A DNA stretch of 62,734 nucleotides, counting the filler, from Dirinaria sp. TL-2023a (lineage: Eukaryota), in assembly GCA_051941275.1 (NCBI GenBank). It is 7 parts of 7 records of this genome, joined end to end, with 100 filler letters (N's around TTAATTAATTAA, not from the genome) between each part and the next. Parts side by side here need not be neighbours in the genome. Positions count along the whole stretch, not along the records: positions 1 to 8,895 come from JAVEBF010001127.1; positions 8,996 to 17,889 come from JAVEBF010001128.1; 5 more parts are not named here. One strand, given 5' to 3'. This document shows, piece by piece, positions 1 through 12,648 of the stretch. The notes under the pieces were generated by a model. It ran no database searches and had not been told where the DNA came from. It saw only the letters and a program-made list of their open reading frames with translations. Position 1 is the first letter of the stretch. Each line of letters starts with the position of its first letter. The position numbers were made by a program, and so were the translations under genes.

Positions 1-3000
1 AATCTGGAAAATGCGGGTCGAAGCCGCTCAATCATTATGAGCCGCATAAAAATTTTAAGACGTTCTTGAGAATTAGAACATTTTGAACTATACACACTAT
101 TGAGATGTTTGAGAATACAAACACCGCCTTCCGTGATGTCATGCCATTTCAATTGCTCTGAAAATATCGAGGGTAAGGGTTAGGTGTTGCACTCGGCTTG
201 CAATGAGGCAGGAGCGGGACCAGCTCAAACCAAGAGACTTCCGTTGAAATAATTTTTAACCGATGGCGGATTAGGAATAATAGCAGACCGGAGTACCTCA
301 CAGTATGATCAAAGCCTAGCTTGACCAACGAAGAGTGTCCGAAGCGATGAGGTACGAATGAAGACGATGAGCTTTCTCATCGAATCTCATGGGGTCCGGG
401 GTTTGAGGCCGGCGGATGTGATTGACCCTCTGATCAGCTGCACAAACCGCCTGGGCTTCTCGAAGTAAACAATATACGTAAGCTTACCAAATCAACTACG
501 TCTTCATTACTGTGCAGGTAGAGATAATGGAAGATGACTCTAACGTACGAGTATACTGTGATCTACCTTAAAGTACCTTGGAGGTATCAGTTTTTAATTA
601 CACGGTCTTGCCACTACCTACGTACCTACCTTAAGCTCCTAAGGGGCCTAGTGCGCAGGCAACAATGGCGCTGCAGCCCCGTGTCCATTTATCGCCTTAT
701 GCGCACTTTCTTACTTCTGCTTTACCTTACTCCTACATGTACATGGTCTGTTATATTAAATTGGGTGCACTGACTACCGTAAATATCTTGCTCCTCTTGA
801 TGTCAAATATTACACTCTGTCGAGCTTAAAACATCAACTTGGGCTGCGCATGCTTCCAAGGCCGAAGTAGATTGATACCTACCTTCAAAGGTAATTAACT
901 GATATAGCGAAATGGACAGTGTGTCTCGTGAGAAAGATTACGGTTCATTGGCCGAACTCTTATTGACCTGAAAATTGCGAGGCTGAGGTTAAACGTTGAC
1001 GAATATCGTTCCCTCGAGTCGGATCTCGCCAACTCAGGTTACTGCTGACTTGTTCATACGAGGGCTAACATTCGAGAGTCGGCATTGGCTGTGATTTACC
1101 AGGCTAACAAAGTTTCGAATACGACGAATGAAGGGTCCTGGATGATGGGCACTTCGTACTTACATTATGCACATCTACCAGTAGGTACTCAAGGACTTAC
1201 CACAATCTTCATCACTGCTTTCACGTGCATGATCGAGCCTTGCTCTTTGGGGTTGTGCTGGATCGGCTACTGATGACCAGACGTATGGGTGCATGATCCG
1301 CTGGAGGTTTGTATTGGCAGCGGTGGCTCTCTAATTAGCCTTCTAGAAAGGTGATGATGGAGGTTTGACATATACATGAATAACGGATTTGAACCCAGGT
1401 TCAAGCGTCGTGTTCGCCTGACCACCCACAGGGCTGTAGCATTTGTGTACCATGGACATCCGAACTATGGGTCGGAGTTAAACGACGGACACCCAAACGC
1501 CAACGCTGACAATTCGGACCAAATAAGGAGATCTAAGACCACTTCGAGTCGGGAATAGCACCAATATAAAGCGTTCGATGTTTCGACGAATACGCTCGCT
1601 GGACGTTGGGCGTTAAACCAAGATGGTAGTAATATAGCCTGGCAACAAAGCTCTTGCCTTGCACATTATCTGTGCTGCGCGTAACGACCTTATGCCTGGC
1701 TGACTTGTCTCCAGGCGAGCTACGGTCGAGCTCACTGGGTGCCCATACTGAAAAACGACGCTTGAACCTTGGGATCTTGACCTGTTCGTATTCCGAAGCT
1801 GCATGAACGATCAGACGCGGGTCCGCTACTTAGGCAGAGAAAGGGTAATCACACTCTTTAATTTGTTTATGGGTAGCCTTCGGAGATCGCAAGACTCAGG
1901 GTCGAAGACAGCAACATAGCGTTTTTCGTTCATGGAGATAGACCGAGACTTAGAATGGGACAATGAGGGAAGGCACATCTTATTTATCTACTCGAGGCTG
2001 TGAATGACAAGGCAAAATTGGCAGCATCAAGACGGCTAGCATAATGTGAGAGAGGATCGGTGAGCCAGGACCGGTGAGCCATATATACAGCCCCATAGCG
2101 TGCGGTGTCTTAATGAGGAGCATGATCTGCCGAAATGACCTGGCACACAGACAGCTAGTACCCCTACACAAGCATGTCTATCTTCCAACCAAGAACTGCG
2201 GAACGAATAGGCGTACCATGGCCAGTGGTGGGGCAACTATTCTCGTGGGGACAGGTTGCCCGGTCATGACAACCCATATCTATCCCGTCGTAAGGTATAC
2301 GCCCTGAAAAGGTGAGGTGAGCGGTGTGCTTGTAGAAGGCTCTGCTTCGAACGATGTTGGTCAATAAGCCTGCAGTGCGCCGTAGTCCATTGTTATTGGC
2401 CCATGCGTGATAGATTATGCTCTCGCAGGGGAGACATGCACGACATGGGTAACGTGATGGTGTATTGATATTGGACAGGTGAATGCTACGCCTTCCGTTT
2501 GATCCGTAGGAGTAGACCCTGCTTGCGGTAATGGTCAAATGTGTGACGTTGCCTAATGACCCAACATAGGAAAGCGGTGCTCCGGTCAGGCGGATCGCAA
2601 TGTGATATGGAGTCGAGTATCGGGTCAGCTCTGCGACCATTGTCGTCTCGCATCCGATACAGTTAGCCGCTCGTCTCCTCTCGAGCTGCATTGTTGTTGA
2701 TCATCGACAAGGCAAAAACGCCATCGCTACTTCGTGCTTCGTGAATTGATTGGTGGGCTCAAGCGAGAATCTATTTACCAAGTCTCGGGGGTGGTCCATG
2801 CAACCGTCATCAGAATCCAGTGTTTGAGGTGATATGATACTCTGATTGGTCGCTGTGCACCGTGATACTTGGCATGGGGCAGATCTTCTCTTGGCGCATC
2901 CTGTGACCGAAAATAAAAAGGGCCGAGAGGGGCTCTAAAGGCGCTAGGAACGTGGATTTAAGTAAGAGCTCGATCATCTTCACTACTATGGTCAAAACCG

Positions 3001-4021
3001 TCTCCAAAACAGTGTGGTCGCACAAAGACGACTGTACTTCAATCATGGAGTTTTGGCCCCTCACTCAGACTGTGGACTGTGACGAGGCGCATGCCACCTC
3101 TCCTTCTTCGGTGATCCTTATTCCCTACCTGAGGTAAGGTCATTACATATTCACTACCTACCTTATTCAGGGTCTGCTGCTCACGTCACTCCTCGACACC
3201 GACCCAACGAATCTGCGCTCTGTTCGCCACACCCTCTACTGTTACTGCCTGCTCTGTTCCTCGTGCGCCCATCAGCTAGTCTCCTTCAGAAGCGAAGTCT
3301 GGACGGCAGGTCATGGGACTCTGCCAGTATGGATCGCCCCGAATCTCTTTCTATGGATACGACAATGGATGTGTCCCGAATAATTTGAGCATTGCTCCCC
3401 ATTTGCGTTCTTTACGGCCGATGTCCCTCCTGGAGGCTCTGTATTCCCTCTCCAGGACTGAAACAGCGGTGAGGGTATGGTACTATCTCCTCACGGACAG
3501 GACGTTGTGGAGGAATGAATCATTCTATATTTCAGTATCTTGATAAGGTTACCCGGCTTGCGTTCACTTGCGCTCACAAACGGTGGCGCAAGCCAGCAAA
3601 GCCAAGCACTTTCCTTCTCCAAATTGCGCCGTTCTCTCTTTCATGTGTGTGGTTTCGAGTTGTAAATGCGTCTTTCAGCTCGTCAATCAAATCCGTCTAC
3701 CCTTTGAGTAATCTGATGTTCTCAGCCTAGTTCTGAGAGCTCAGCCTGTTCCTCGAACATGGCCCGTCCTGCAGAGCAGCCGAACAGGGACGTTTTAACG
3801 CAGATCATAGCCTTGCCTCCTTAATTGAAAAGACCACAGACAAAGTGCAGCTGCCATCAGTTGCTAATGGCACTCCCAGCCACAGGCTAGTAATGACACT
3901 CTCCAGTTTATGCCATCTCGGACTTCTGGAATCTTCTCAAGCTAATGCCTTCAATGAGTATGCATGACGAACTACGTTTCATCAAGCTTCAACATCCTAT
4001 TTCCTACAAGCTTTGTCAAGA

Positions 4022-6496
4022 ATGTCCGGTTTCGATGGTAGCCCTCGAAGCCTTCGCTCCTTGCCAGGACACAGCCCTTCTGCGGAGAAGTCTGCCGATC
4101 CACCGGTCGGGGATGTCGAAATCGATCTCGAAACACTCCGACTTTCACAGGAGACTATCCCGTCTAATCCCAATGCTACCAGGCGGCTACCGCAGCGTGC
4201 CGATTTCCCTTCATCCATAAGTATAGACATAGTGCAACCGGTAGAGAACAAGCAGATTAAATTCGCTATCGTATTGCTACAAGATCACGGGGTAGCGCAA
4301 AGGTCGCTTGAGCAATTAGCGCGCAAACTGCAGCGGAAGTATCCTGAGAATACATATGTCCTTATCCGTTGTCAAGAACCAACCAGCGATAATATGTATG
4401 GCAGGGCCGGTGCGCAAGAGGATCATACTTTTGGTAGGACTTGCTGGATGCTACTTTTGGACGTGATCAGAGACTGCCTCATACTCAAGTGTGGTTTCAA
4501 AACGAGGCAGATAGTCATCCTCGGACACGGCCAAGGAGGTACCGCAGCCCTCATGGCGGTCTCACTGTGGGGTTCTACACAATTCGCGGGTGTCATTGCC
4601 ATAGGAAGTCCGAGACTTACTCTAGATTGCCAGACGCCTGCACTCCAGCTTGGCAACTTCCCTGAAAGTAATACTACCAACGCGGTCCTCCCTCAGATCA
4701 CCGGTTCAAACCACTTGATACCAGCAGACATGCAAAATCTGGCCGACATAACACCTGAACTGTCAGAAGGACTCTTGCAGCCGATAAACGAGTTTTTTGC
4801 TCATCGACTGCGGCGAGAGGAATGGACCAAGCAGGCCATTCTTAGCCTTGGTGAGTGATTGACGTACTTAGCCGTGCCCGAATCCTAACGCCTAGGACAG
4901 ATGGTGGTGGCATCAGGGGTTATGCCAGCCTATTGATTTTGAGAGAACTCATGAATAAAATCGGAGACGAAGAAAAGAAATACGACCTCGAAGAGGGACC
5001 TGCACACTCAAGCTTTTTCCCAAGCCCATTCCGGCCAATTAGTGCACAGTCCGCAATGTCAAAAGGCGCTGCGCCCAGTCCTGAGTTACTTGAAGGCAGT
5101 CCCATTGTTCCTTCGCCACATGGAAACCTGCCGAACTCATCCCTCTTCTATCCATGCCATTACTTTACGTATGCTGCAGGAACAAGTACTGGAGGGTATG
5201 AGTATAATGTGCGAGTACAGTAGGGACAGAATGCTGAATCTGCTCTAGGCTGATAAGCATCATGCTATCAAGATTACGAATGTCAGTCGATGAGTGTATA
5301 ACAGAGTATAAGCGCCTCGGGCAGAAAGTGTTTGGTCATCCACGACACTTATCACTAGGTGGCTTGACTTGGCACAAATACAATCACAAGATTCTTGAAG
5401 ATGTAGTTCGCAGTGTCACAGCTCAGTACAGTGACCAGAATGAAGACCGTCTGTCCGAGGTTCAGTTCCCGTCAAACGAGTCCCTATGCAGAACGTAAGC
5501 TTCACCTACTGTGGAGATAGCACAACGTACTAATACATCTGAGCACGAAGAGTCGTCCTAGCTTATGCCAATACTTCCGAGAACGCTGAAGTGCCGCATA
5601 TCTTTCGCACCTATGGGACTCCCACATCTCAGCCTGATCGGACCAAGAGCATACCAAGACAAAGATCAGCAAGGAGCCATGGGCCGGCTCCTGGGTTACC
5701 GATATGGCAGATTGCTCGCGCTACGTCTGCAGCTCCGGGCTACTTCCCACCTATGAAGATTCAGAGAGCTCGTAGCCTGAGTCCCAATGAAGTCATTCTA
5801 TTTAAGGACGGCGGGTTTGGAGCCAATAATCCCAGCAAAGAGGCTCTTGAAGATATAGTACACAAGCACGGAGCAGGCATACGAAGTATCGGTCCTTTCG
5901 TCAGCGTTGGTACTGGCGCTCATAGTGAGCCTATATTCGCCAAAAAACCGGGGAAGTGGCAGAATTTCAAGGCAAATGTAAGGGCTGCGGTGGCGCATCC
6001 CGCGAGAACGAAAGGTACAGCTGATGACATCGCATACCTTTCCAGCCCTGACGGAGAAGAACAATTCCCATACTATCGATTTGAAGGAGGTGAGCATCTT
6101 GGTAGGATTGCAATGGATGAGTGGAAAAGCGTTCGATTTCCCACCATGCGAGGTAAGAATAGCATGCGAGGTTATAAAACGATTGACTCCATGGACCAAG
6201 CCACGTCAGTATATTTGCTGGACCGCGACGTACAAGAAGATTTAAAGGAGCTGGCCAAAATCCTGGTCAAGAGACGTCGACTACGTGCTAAAGATTCTTC
6301 TGCTTGGGATAAGTATGCGTCGGCATCGTATTTCGAGTGCACCCATAAGGGATGCGAACACAGGCGCATTGAAACGAGTGACGAATACAAGGAGCATCTG
6401 AGGGACGAACATGGCAAGAGCATGACGCGCCAGGAGTTAGAAAGCGATATCAAAAGATCGAAACGGTGCTGGCTATATAAAAGCAAAGAGCCCTAA
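4022..6496 (+). CDS. Patatin-like phospholipase with N-terminal alpha/beta-hydrolase-like domain and C-terminal C2H2-like finger (4 exons, ~771 aa)
   Basis: Exons 4022-4850, 4901-5195, 5249-5494, 5551-6496 joined by GT-AG introns stay in frame (2316 nt). Splicing restores the patatin motifs LSLDGGGIRG and AGTSTGG-LI; also ARATSAAPGYF and the catalytic FKDGG. N-terminus has ILGHGQGG; C-terminus has CTHKGC...HLRDEH. Confidence 0.88.
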
Positions 6497-8895
6497 AGCA
6501 AGATTCCTGATCCAGAAAGGAGGGAGAGCCAAAGTCTCACGACCAGCGAGTGAGATGGCTACTGGTACCTTGAACATAGAATGAGGAAGAGACAATTGAT
6601 GGCACCAGATACATTTGCGATACGAGTCGAGAACTCCAGGTCCAATATAGATTCCAGATAAAGGCTCTGTGCAGAACAGAAGACCTCTGAAGGGACGGTA
6701 CAATGGAAAGATATTCCGCCAAGTCAGGGATTCGGTGGACCTTCTACCGACTACTGGTTTCGAATCAGGCGTGGCGCATTTATGGACCATATTCCACTCG
6801 AAACTGAGAAGCAGAAGCAAGACACCACATCAGCAGATTTTCAGCAACACCTTGAGCTTTTCACTCGGATCACTACAGAGTATCACCACCATCCCACAAT
6901 CCTCACCTGCAATACATCAACAATTCGAAGGGTCTGATGACGATGTTGCACAGCTGCTGCCATGTTTTTCCGCAGTAGAAATCCTAGGATCTGGCCGCAT
7001 ACTCCATCCTCATCAGCAGGCCAGTGAGCCTCGTGCAATACCATGTGTCGGCTCACCATCATCTACCGTTTCGTTCCCAAACGGCTCGCATGGGAAATCT
7101 ACATTATAAGTTCGATGGAGCCTGATCCGGCTCTTTTTGCATGATATCGCTTTGAGTTGTATTCGCATCTTTATATTGGTCTTCGTTCGTCTACGTCAGC
7201 GCCTTAGCGAGCAACAGAGACCCTAAATCTTCGAATTCCAGCTCGTGGGACCCGGGGTACCGCCTCAAAATAGTCCGAGATGTTCTTGCTTGGCCTCTGC
7301 TATACTAATCAATTATTGTATGGTATGCATATATCTTAAGAAGTTCCTACAATGGTCATGTTTTCAATTTCCGGCGCGTTATGTTTGATACCCTATAGAT
7401 CATTGGAAATAAGCCTGAAAGGCATTGGGTATAGCGGCTTCCTTGGCCTCATTCTTGCACTTGCGAATATCTTGCTTTATTGTTTGCTAATAGTGGGTAT
7501 ACTGAAGACCTCATTTCTCTACTTCTTGCATTCTCGCTATTGCTCTGTACTATAGTTTCATAAAAAGGGACTAAAGGATTGAATAGATAAGCAGCTAGAG
7601 TGTTTTTTCCTAGAGAAATACTAAGTCTTTTTATAAATCTATACCTAGTCCCTGTAATGTACATCTCTACTTCTTCGCCATGCCTGAAAAAGAATCATAT
7701 GATATCAGAGTTTATAATCTATCGAAAAGGAATGTACAAGAAACTCAGAATCTCTTAATTCACTCCTCTTCTGACTCTTGAAAGAAGCAGGCAAGAGCTA
7801 GGTTTAGTTATCAATCGATACTATTCGTCTGGTTGACTGCACTGCTGAAAGGGAGTCTGTAATCGAGGGGCTATTTAGTCGAGATTTCAACGTTGCTGCT
7901 AAAATATCTAATCAAAAGTAAGAAGAGGCTATAAGATTTTATAGCTATTGAAGCTGAACACATTCAATATCCTCAACTAAATTATCGATTCCTCTATATC
8001 CTCCCAACTTCCCCCATATAATTCGGAACTGAATCCCCAACCCATCCCATCACACCCCACATACGCTGCACAGATCAGTTCCATCTTCCGCTTCAAGAAT
8101 CTCTACAACCGTAATAGCCTAACATCCAACCAACCATCCAACACCTTTACCTAGCTGGATAATTTTTTTTTCAAGTCTAATTTAGCAGTCGATAGTCCAA
8201 CCATTTCATCAAAATCTACATGAATCGTCTCTGAAACCAAAGAGATCTGCCATGCTAAAATCATCACCTCGAAATTTTTTACAGAGTTCATCTATGTTTC
8301 TCCATCACCAACACATGAATTTCTCTCTTTTCGCTTCTCTTTGAAAACCACGCTGTAAGTTATGATATCAAAACAGCGTTCTTAGTTCTCTACTTTGAAT
8401 ACATCCCTATCAAGCAGCAATAAAGATAGGAAATCGAACATTAACCACTATCCCCTTTTCTCCGAGTTATCCTCTCAAACTTCACGCCTAAAATTCGAAT
8501 CAGAAAACCGAACCAAAAAACAAAGCTAAACAAAATCCTTGCCAGAAGTAACCCCCAACTCCGCAAACCCCCTTCGGAACGTCAAAAAAAAACCCCCCCA
8601 AAAAACCCAGACCGCCCTCTCCTCCAAGCCCGACCAAAAAACTAACAATTCCCCTGACAAATTATATCCCACATCCTACCCTCGCCATGGGCGCGAAAAC
8701 CTATCGCCTCCCTCCTCTTACTTACCCCTATGTACTTTCGTATATCAATCTTTCCAATCTTTCAGCTCTGTATCTCTTGGTCTGTGATATGATTCCTAAA
8801 GCCGTCCTTTTACTTGGGCCGTTGCATGGATAAATAAGTTTTTTTTCCCTTGAGATTCTCCTTCGCTGCGCTTGGGTTTTTAAACTGTCATACAT

Positions 8896-8995
8896 NNNNN
8901 NNNNNNNNNNNNNNNNNNNNNNNNNNNNNNNNNNNNNNNTTAATTAATTAANNNNNNNNNNNNNNNNNNNNNNNNNNNNNNNNNNNNNNNNNNNN
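8896..8995. other. Artificial contig linker N44-TTAATTAATTAA-N44
   Basis: 100-bp spacer with a palindromic six-frame stop, identical at six positions. Confidence 0.98.
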
Positions 8996-10246
8996 ATTAC
9001 CACGACCCCGAGGAGGCGGGGGGCCAGAGAAAGAAGGCTCGCGCTCGCGGAATGGTGGAGGGCCACCTCGAGGCCGACTCGGAGCGTTAAGGAGGGAGGC
9101 ACTTGTTGGTCGGTTGTGTGCAGACATGGAGATAGGCGCCGACGGCGGGCCAGAAGGGGAATCGCGGTAAGCGCTGCCAGGTCCCGAAGGAGGACCACGG
9201 TCGCCATTGGCAAAGCTACCATTCAGTGGAGCCGATAAAGGTGGCTGGCTATAGCCATGTGCAGTTCCTCCGTTGCGATAATCATCTTTCACGTAAACCG
9301 GTGGAGACTCGCGACGACGTGGAGGTTGGGGGGAGCGCTGACGGTATGGTATCGGTTCACGCTCACGCGGTGGAGATGGAGGGGCTGGTGAATACCCACG
9401 TGTTGGAGGTGATCTGTCACGGTATGCAGGTGATCGAGCTGGTGGTCCGCGAGAACTACGGTAAGCTGGAGGGTCGACTTCGTGAGTAGCCAGAGCGATC
9501 CTGTCTGGATGCACCTGCGGTGAAGAGCGATGGGAGGAGATTGGTGAGCCCCGCCGAGAGATGTGCTCTACGCGCCGAACTGGTGAGCGCGAGCGTTCCC
9601 TAGGGCGATAATTGTTCTCTTGCGGGTATCTTGGCGGGCGATCTCTCGGAGGAGAAAGTGGCCGTCGTTCGAACCTATTCCGGCCGGGTGATGGATATCT
9701 CTCTTGCTTCGCATAAGGAGGAGAATGCGGGCGGCGCTCGATGGGTGATGGGTCTCGCCGTCTCATTGGCGGAGGTGACCTAGAGTATCGTCGAGCTATC
9801 GGGGGCGATCTTCCGTAAGTATCTCGGCGAGGCGAATAGACGCGGGGAGGCGACCGCGGGCGCCCACGGTATGCCATCTCATCTCGACCTCTAAAAGCTG
9901 GGCTCCTAGAACGACGGCGAGGAGAACGACTGCGAGGACGGCTAGTAGTAGGGGCATACGTATCGCCATATGGAGGGGGCGTACGGCCACGTCTCACAGG
10001 AGATCGATTGCCTCGATAGCCGCCGCGTGGTGGTGAACGGGGGCGCTCTGAAGGTCGGTAAGTCTCTCCGCCAAGGGCGCGGTCATCATATCTACAAAAG
10101 AGCTCATCAGTACACCATTCATTTTGGAAGCAGTAGTGCTGAAGAGCGGCTGTAAAAAAAGGTCGTCGCCCGCTTGTGCCAAGCAATACAATACAGAGTG
10201 TTGCTAGCAAAGCATTGACCTACCTCCGGTCACGACCTCGATCCAT
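8996..10246 (-). CDS. Arg/Ser/Pro-rich protein (SRRM1-like low complexity), 3'-truncated by contig end
   Basis: Exon 10246-10224 (MDRGRDR), intron 10223-10092 (GTAGG..TAG), then a long open frame with RSRSP/RSPP repeats running into the linker. Confidence 0.75.
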
Positions 10247-10917
10247 GGTCGTTCAGTGGTTCCTTGTGTAGGTGCCCTCAAATCTGTGCAGAAAGTGATA
10301 CGATGTGTATTCACTAACTACCGCAAGCCGAGTAGGCAAACAAAGTGAGGGGAATATCACTAGCTGGCAGATCTAGCCATCCAAAGTTCTGAGGAAGTTG
10401 CAGCGGTAGAGCACAGTAGAGTAGTCAGTAGTGTGTGTTAAATGTGTTCGGTCAGGGCAGGTCGGGTTCCCTCAAATTTTTGGAGCTCGACGCACTAAAC
10501 CGCTTCGGGCGCCAACCCCCTAAACGGGTCAGTGCAGCTCTGCTCTGCAGTGGGCAAAAACAACAAAAGGATCTGGCCACCAGGATATCTAAATCAGTCT
10601 GGTATCTTGATGCTGAGCGGATGTCCTGGCTTCAGAGGGGGATGGTACAGATGCGGACATGACCCGAATTCGCACCATCTCGATACTCAGGCAATTGCCA
10701 ACGTCTTCGGCCTGGGCGCTTTAGGCTTTGATCTTTATACCACAGGGACCCTGAGTGACCTGCATCTAAATTGGATTGATTCTCAGGATGACGGAAATGA
10801 TGATTTTATATCGTCAGAACGAGGGCCGGTATTCACACATATACGTGCACAGCGCATTCATCTTGTTTTGTGGATTCTTCACACCAGCAATATTGAGTGG
10901 GCATTCACCGTCGCTGC

Positions 10918-12648
10918 CTATCGTCGCCTGCTCCTCTCCTCATCTCTCTTTTGTCTCTTCCGGCTCTCGCTTGCTATCATATCACTGAGATCCTCTTGGA
11001 AGCCCCACTGGCCTTGTTCTTGCTGTTTCTGAGCTTCATAAGCCCTCCGCATGTCTTCCTTATCCATGCCGTCCTTAGCCTGCAGTGCATCGGGGTCCAT
11101 AGCTACATCCACATCGCCGGGCTTCTTACGCTTCCTGGTATCTTCTTGCCCGAGCACGGGCATGCCGCTTTGCGCAGCCTTGAGGTCATATGTGCGATCC
11201 CCGCCAAAGAAACCAGACACCTTTGCCTGTTGTTCAGGCAGGACCTGATAAGCCGTGCGCGGGTGCGTCGACTCCTCGGTGTCTACGCCTCTCCTCTTTC
11301 TCAGATCGAACTCCCCAGCCACACTTTCAGCACCACCGTACTCGGAAGGCACCGTAGACGCCATCCCTCCAGGTGTCTCCAGACCACTTGGCGTCTGTAG
11401 ACCTGCCCCAACGTCTTCGCCTGCTTCGTCTTCATCCTCCTCCTCACTTTCCTCTTCTTCTGACTCCTCTTCTGGCTCTTGTAGTTCGCCCCACAACGTC
11501 TTCTCTACCGGCTCTCCTAGCTGGGTGTTTTGCTGCGGTTGTAGTACACCAAAGATGTCACCCCCGTACAATGGACGATTGTATTCGTCTACAGGTGGCT
11601 TTCCATACCCACCAGGGTGAAAGCCCCATTGACCACCAGGCGGCGGGGGTGCATTGAGACCTGGGATTTTAAGGGCAGGGTAGGATGGTGGTGGACCAAA
11701 GCGCTGTTGATTGATCAGCCATGGCGGCGGAGCGCCGGGTGGAATGTTCAGAGCTTCTTTGAGCTCTTCGCTTAGCTCACCAGGTCGAAGATGCTTTAGA
11801 TTAGTCTCGTATTCTTTGCCCTCATAATACACTTCACCGTAGCGAGTCAGCTCTGGCTTGGTTTGAAACCGAAAGAAGGCTTCGTAGAGCTTGTGATAGT
11901 CAATGTCAAGTTTGCCCATCTTTGGCTGAACTCGCTCTCGTTGTTTTTGCTTTAGGCTTGCTTGGTCCTGTTTCTCCAATACCGCATCGCGCATCTCGGC
12001 AATACCGGTTTCTTGGATGAACTTAGGCAGCGAAAAAGGCGGCTTCTCCACTCCACGTTTTGAGGATAGATATTCCCGCTTCAAGGACCAATGCATCGGA
12101 ACGGGTACGACATTTCGATACGCTTTGATGTGAACGAGCAGTCGTGGGTCTGAAGCTGAGGTGTCTGTCCAATCCACCGTCTCAGGCTTCTGAACCAATG
12201 CTTTCAGTTCGGCGACAGAGAGTTTGTTCTGTTCTTTTCGCTTCTTTTTCGAAAGCTTAGGCGGGCCTGTATCTTCCTCCTCGTCAGGTATCTCGTCGTC
12301 GTCATCGTAATAGACTTCCGGTTTGTCCGGCTCTTTTGTAGATGGATCTGCCTTGTCCGCCTGTTCGAACTTTCCCAGAATATCTTTATACATCTCAAAG
12401 AGAGGGTCAGGCTCTTCGAACTCATCGACGCCATCTTGCTCCGCCGGTGGAGGTGTGCTTGGTTTTGCTATGGCAGGCTGCAGTTCCGGCTCCGCACTAG
12501 GCTCAGGCGTTGGCGTTGTGCTATTCTGAACCACGGTCTTAGTCACTCTATCAGAGACATTAGGAATTGTACAGACTTCATGTTGCTTCGCAGCTTTCTT
12601 CTTCGCCCTCCGCAACTGATTCTTGGTTGGCTTAGGAGCCGCAGCCAT
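10918..12648 (-). CDS. CUS1: U2 snRNP splicing factor SF3B2/SAP145 (Cus1)
   Basis: VPVPMHWSLKREYLSSKRG, QPKMGKLDIDYHKLYEAFF, PPPWLINQQRFGPPPSYP (DUF382 + PSP motifs); probable 51-nt intron 12576-12526. Confidence 0.95.
   Translation of the reverse strand: MAAAPKPTKNQLRRAKKKAAKQHEVCTIPNVSDRVTKTVVQNSTTPTPEPSAEPELQPAIAKPSTPPPAEQDGVDEFEEPDPLFEMYKDILGKFEQADKADPSTKEPDKPEVYYDDDDEIPDEEEDTGPPKLSKKKRKEQNKLSVAELKALVQKPETVDWTDTSASDPRLLVHIKAYRNVVPVPMHWSLKREYLSSKRGVEKPPFSLPKFIQETGIAEMRDAVLEKQDQASLKQKQRERVQPKMGKLDIDYHKLYEAFFRFQTKPELTRYGEVYYEGKEYETNLKHLRPGELSEELKEALNIPPGAPPPWLINQQRFGPPPSYPALKIPGLNAPPPPGGQWGFHPGGYGKPPVDEYNRPLYGGDIFGVLQPQQNTQLGEPVEKTLWGELQEPEEESEEEESEEEDEDEAGEDVGAGLQTPSGLETPGGMASTVPSEYGGAESVAGEFDLRKRRGVDTEESTHPRTAYQVLPEQQAKVSGFFGGDRTYDLKAAQSGMPVLGQEDTRKRKKPGDVDVAMDPDALQAKDGMDKEDMRRAYEAQKQQEQGQWGFQEDLSDMIASESRKRQKRDEERSRRR

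Noticed and set aside
171..186. Telomere-like GGGTAAGGGTTAGG; also TTAGGG at the 17889 contig end and CCCTAACC at the 44817 contig end
   Set aside because: One or two units only, no array
1385..1402. tRNA T-arm-like GGGTTCAAATCC on the minus strand
   Set aside because: No acceptor stem, D-arm or anticodon arm can be built around it
2164..2691. 175-aa minus-strand ORF
   Set aside because: No recognisable domain or splice pattern; cannot be supported as a gene
8940..8951. TTAATTAATTAA as a biological repeat or piggyBac-like TTAA site
   Set aside because: Always centred in exactly 88 Ns; assembly linker
10532..11657. Plus-strand ORFs of 94-167 aa
   Set aside because: Antisense shadows of the SF3B2 gene and its 3' region
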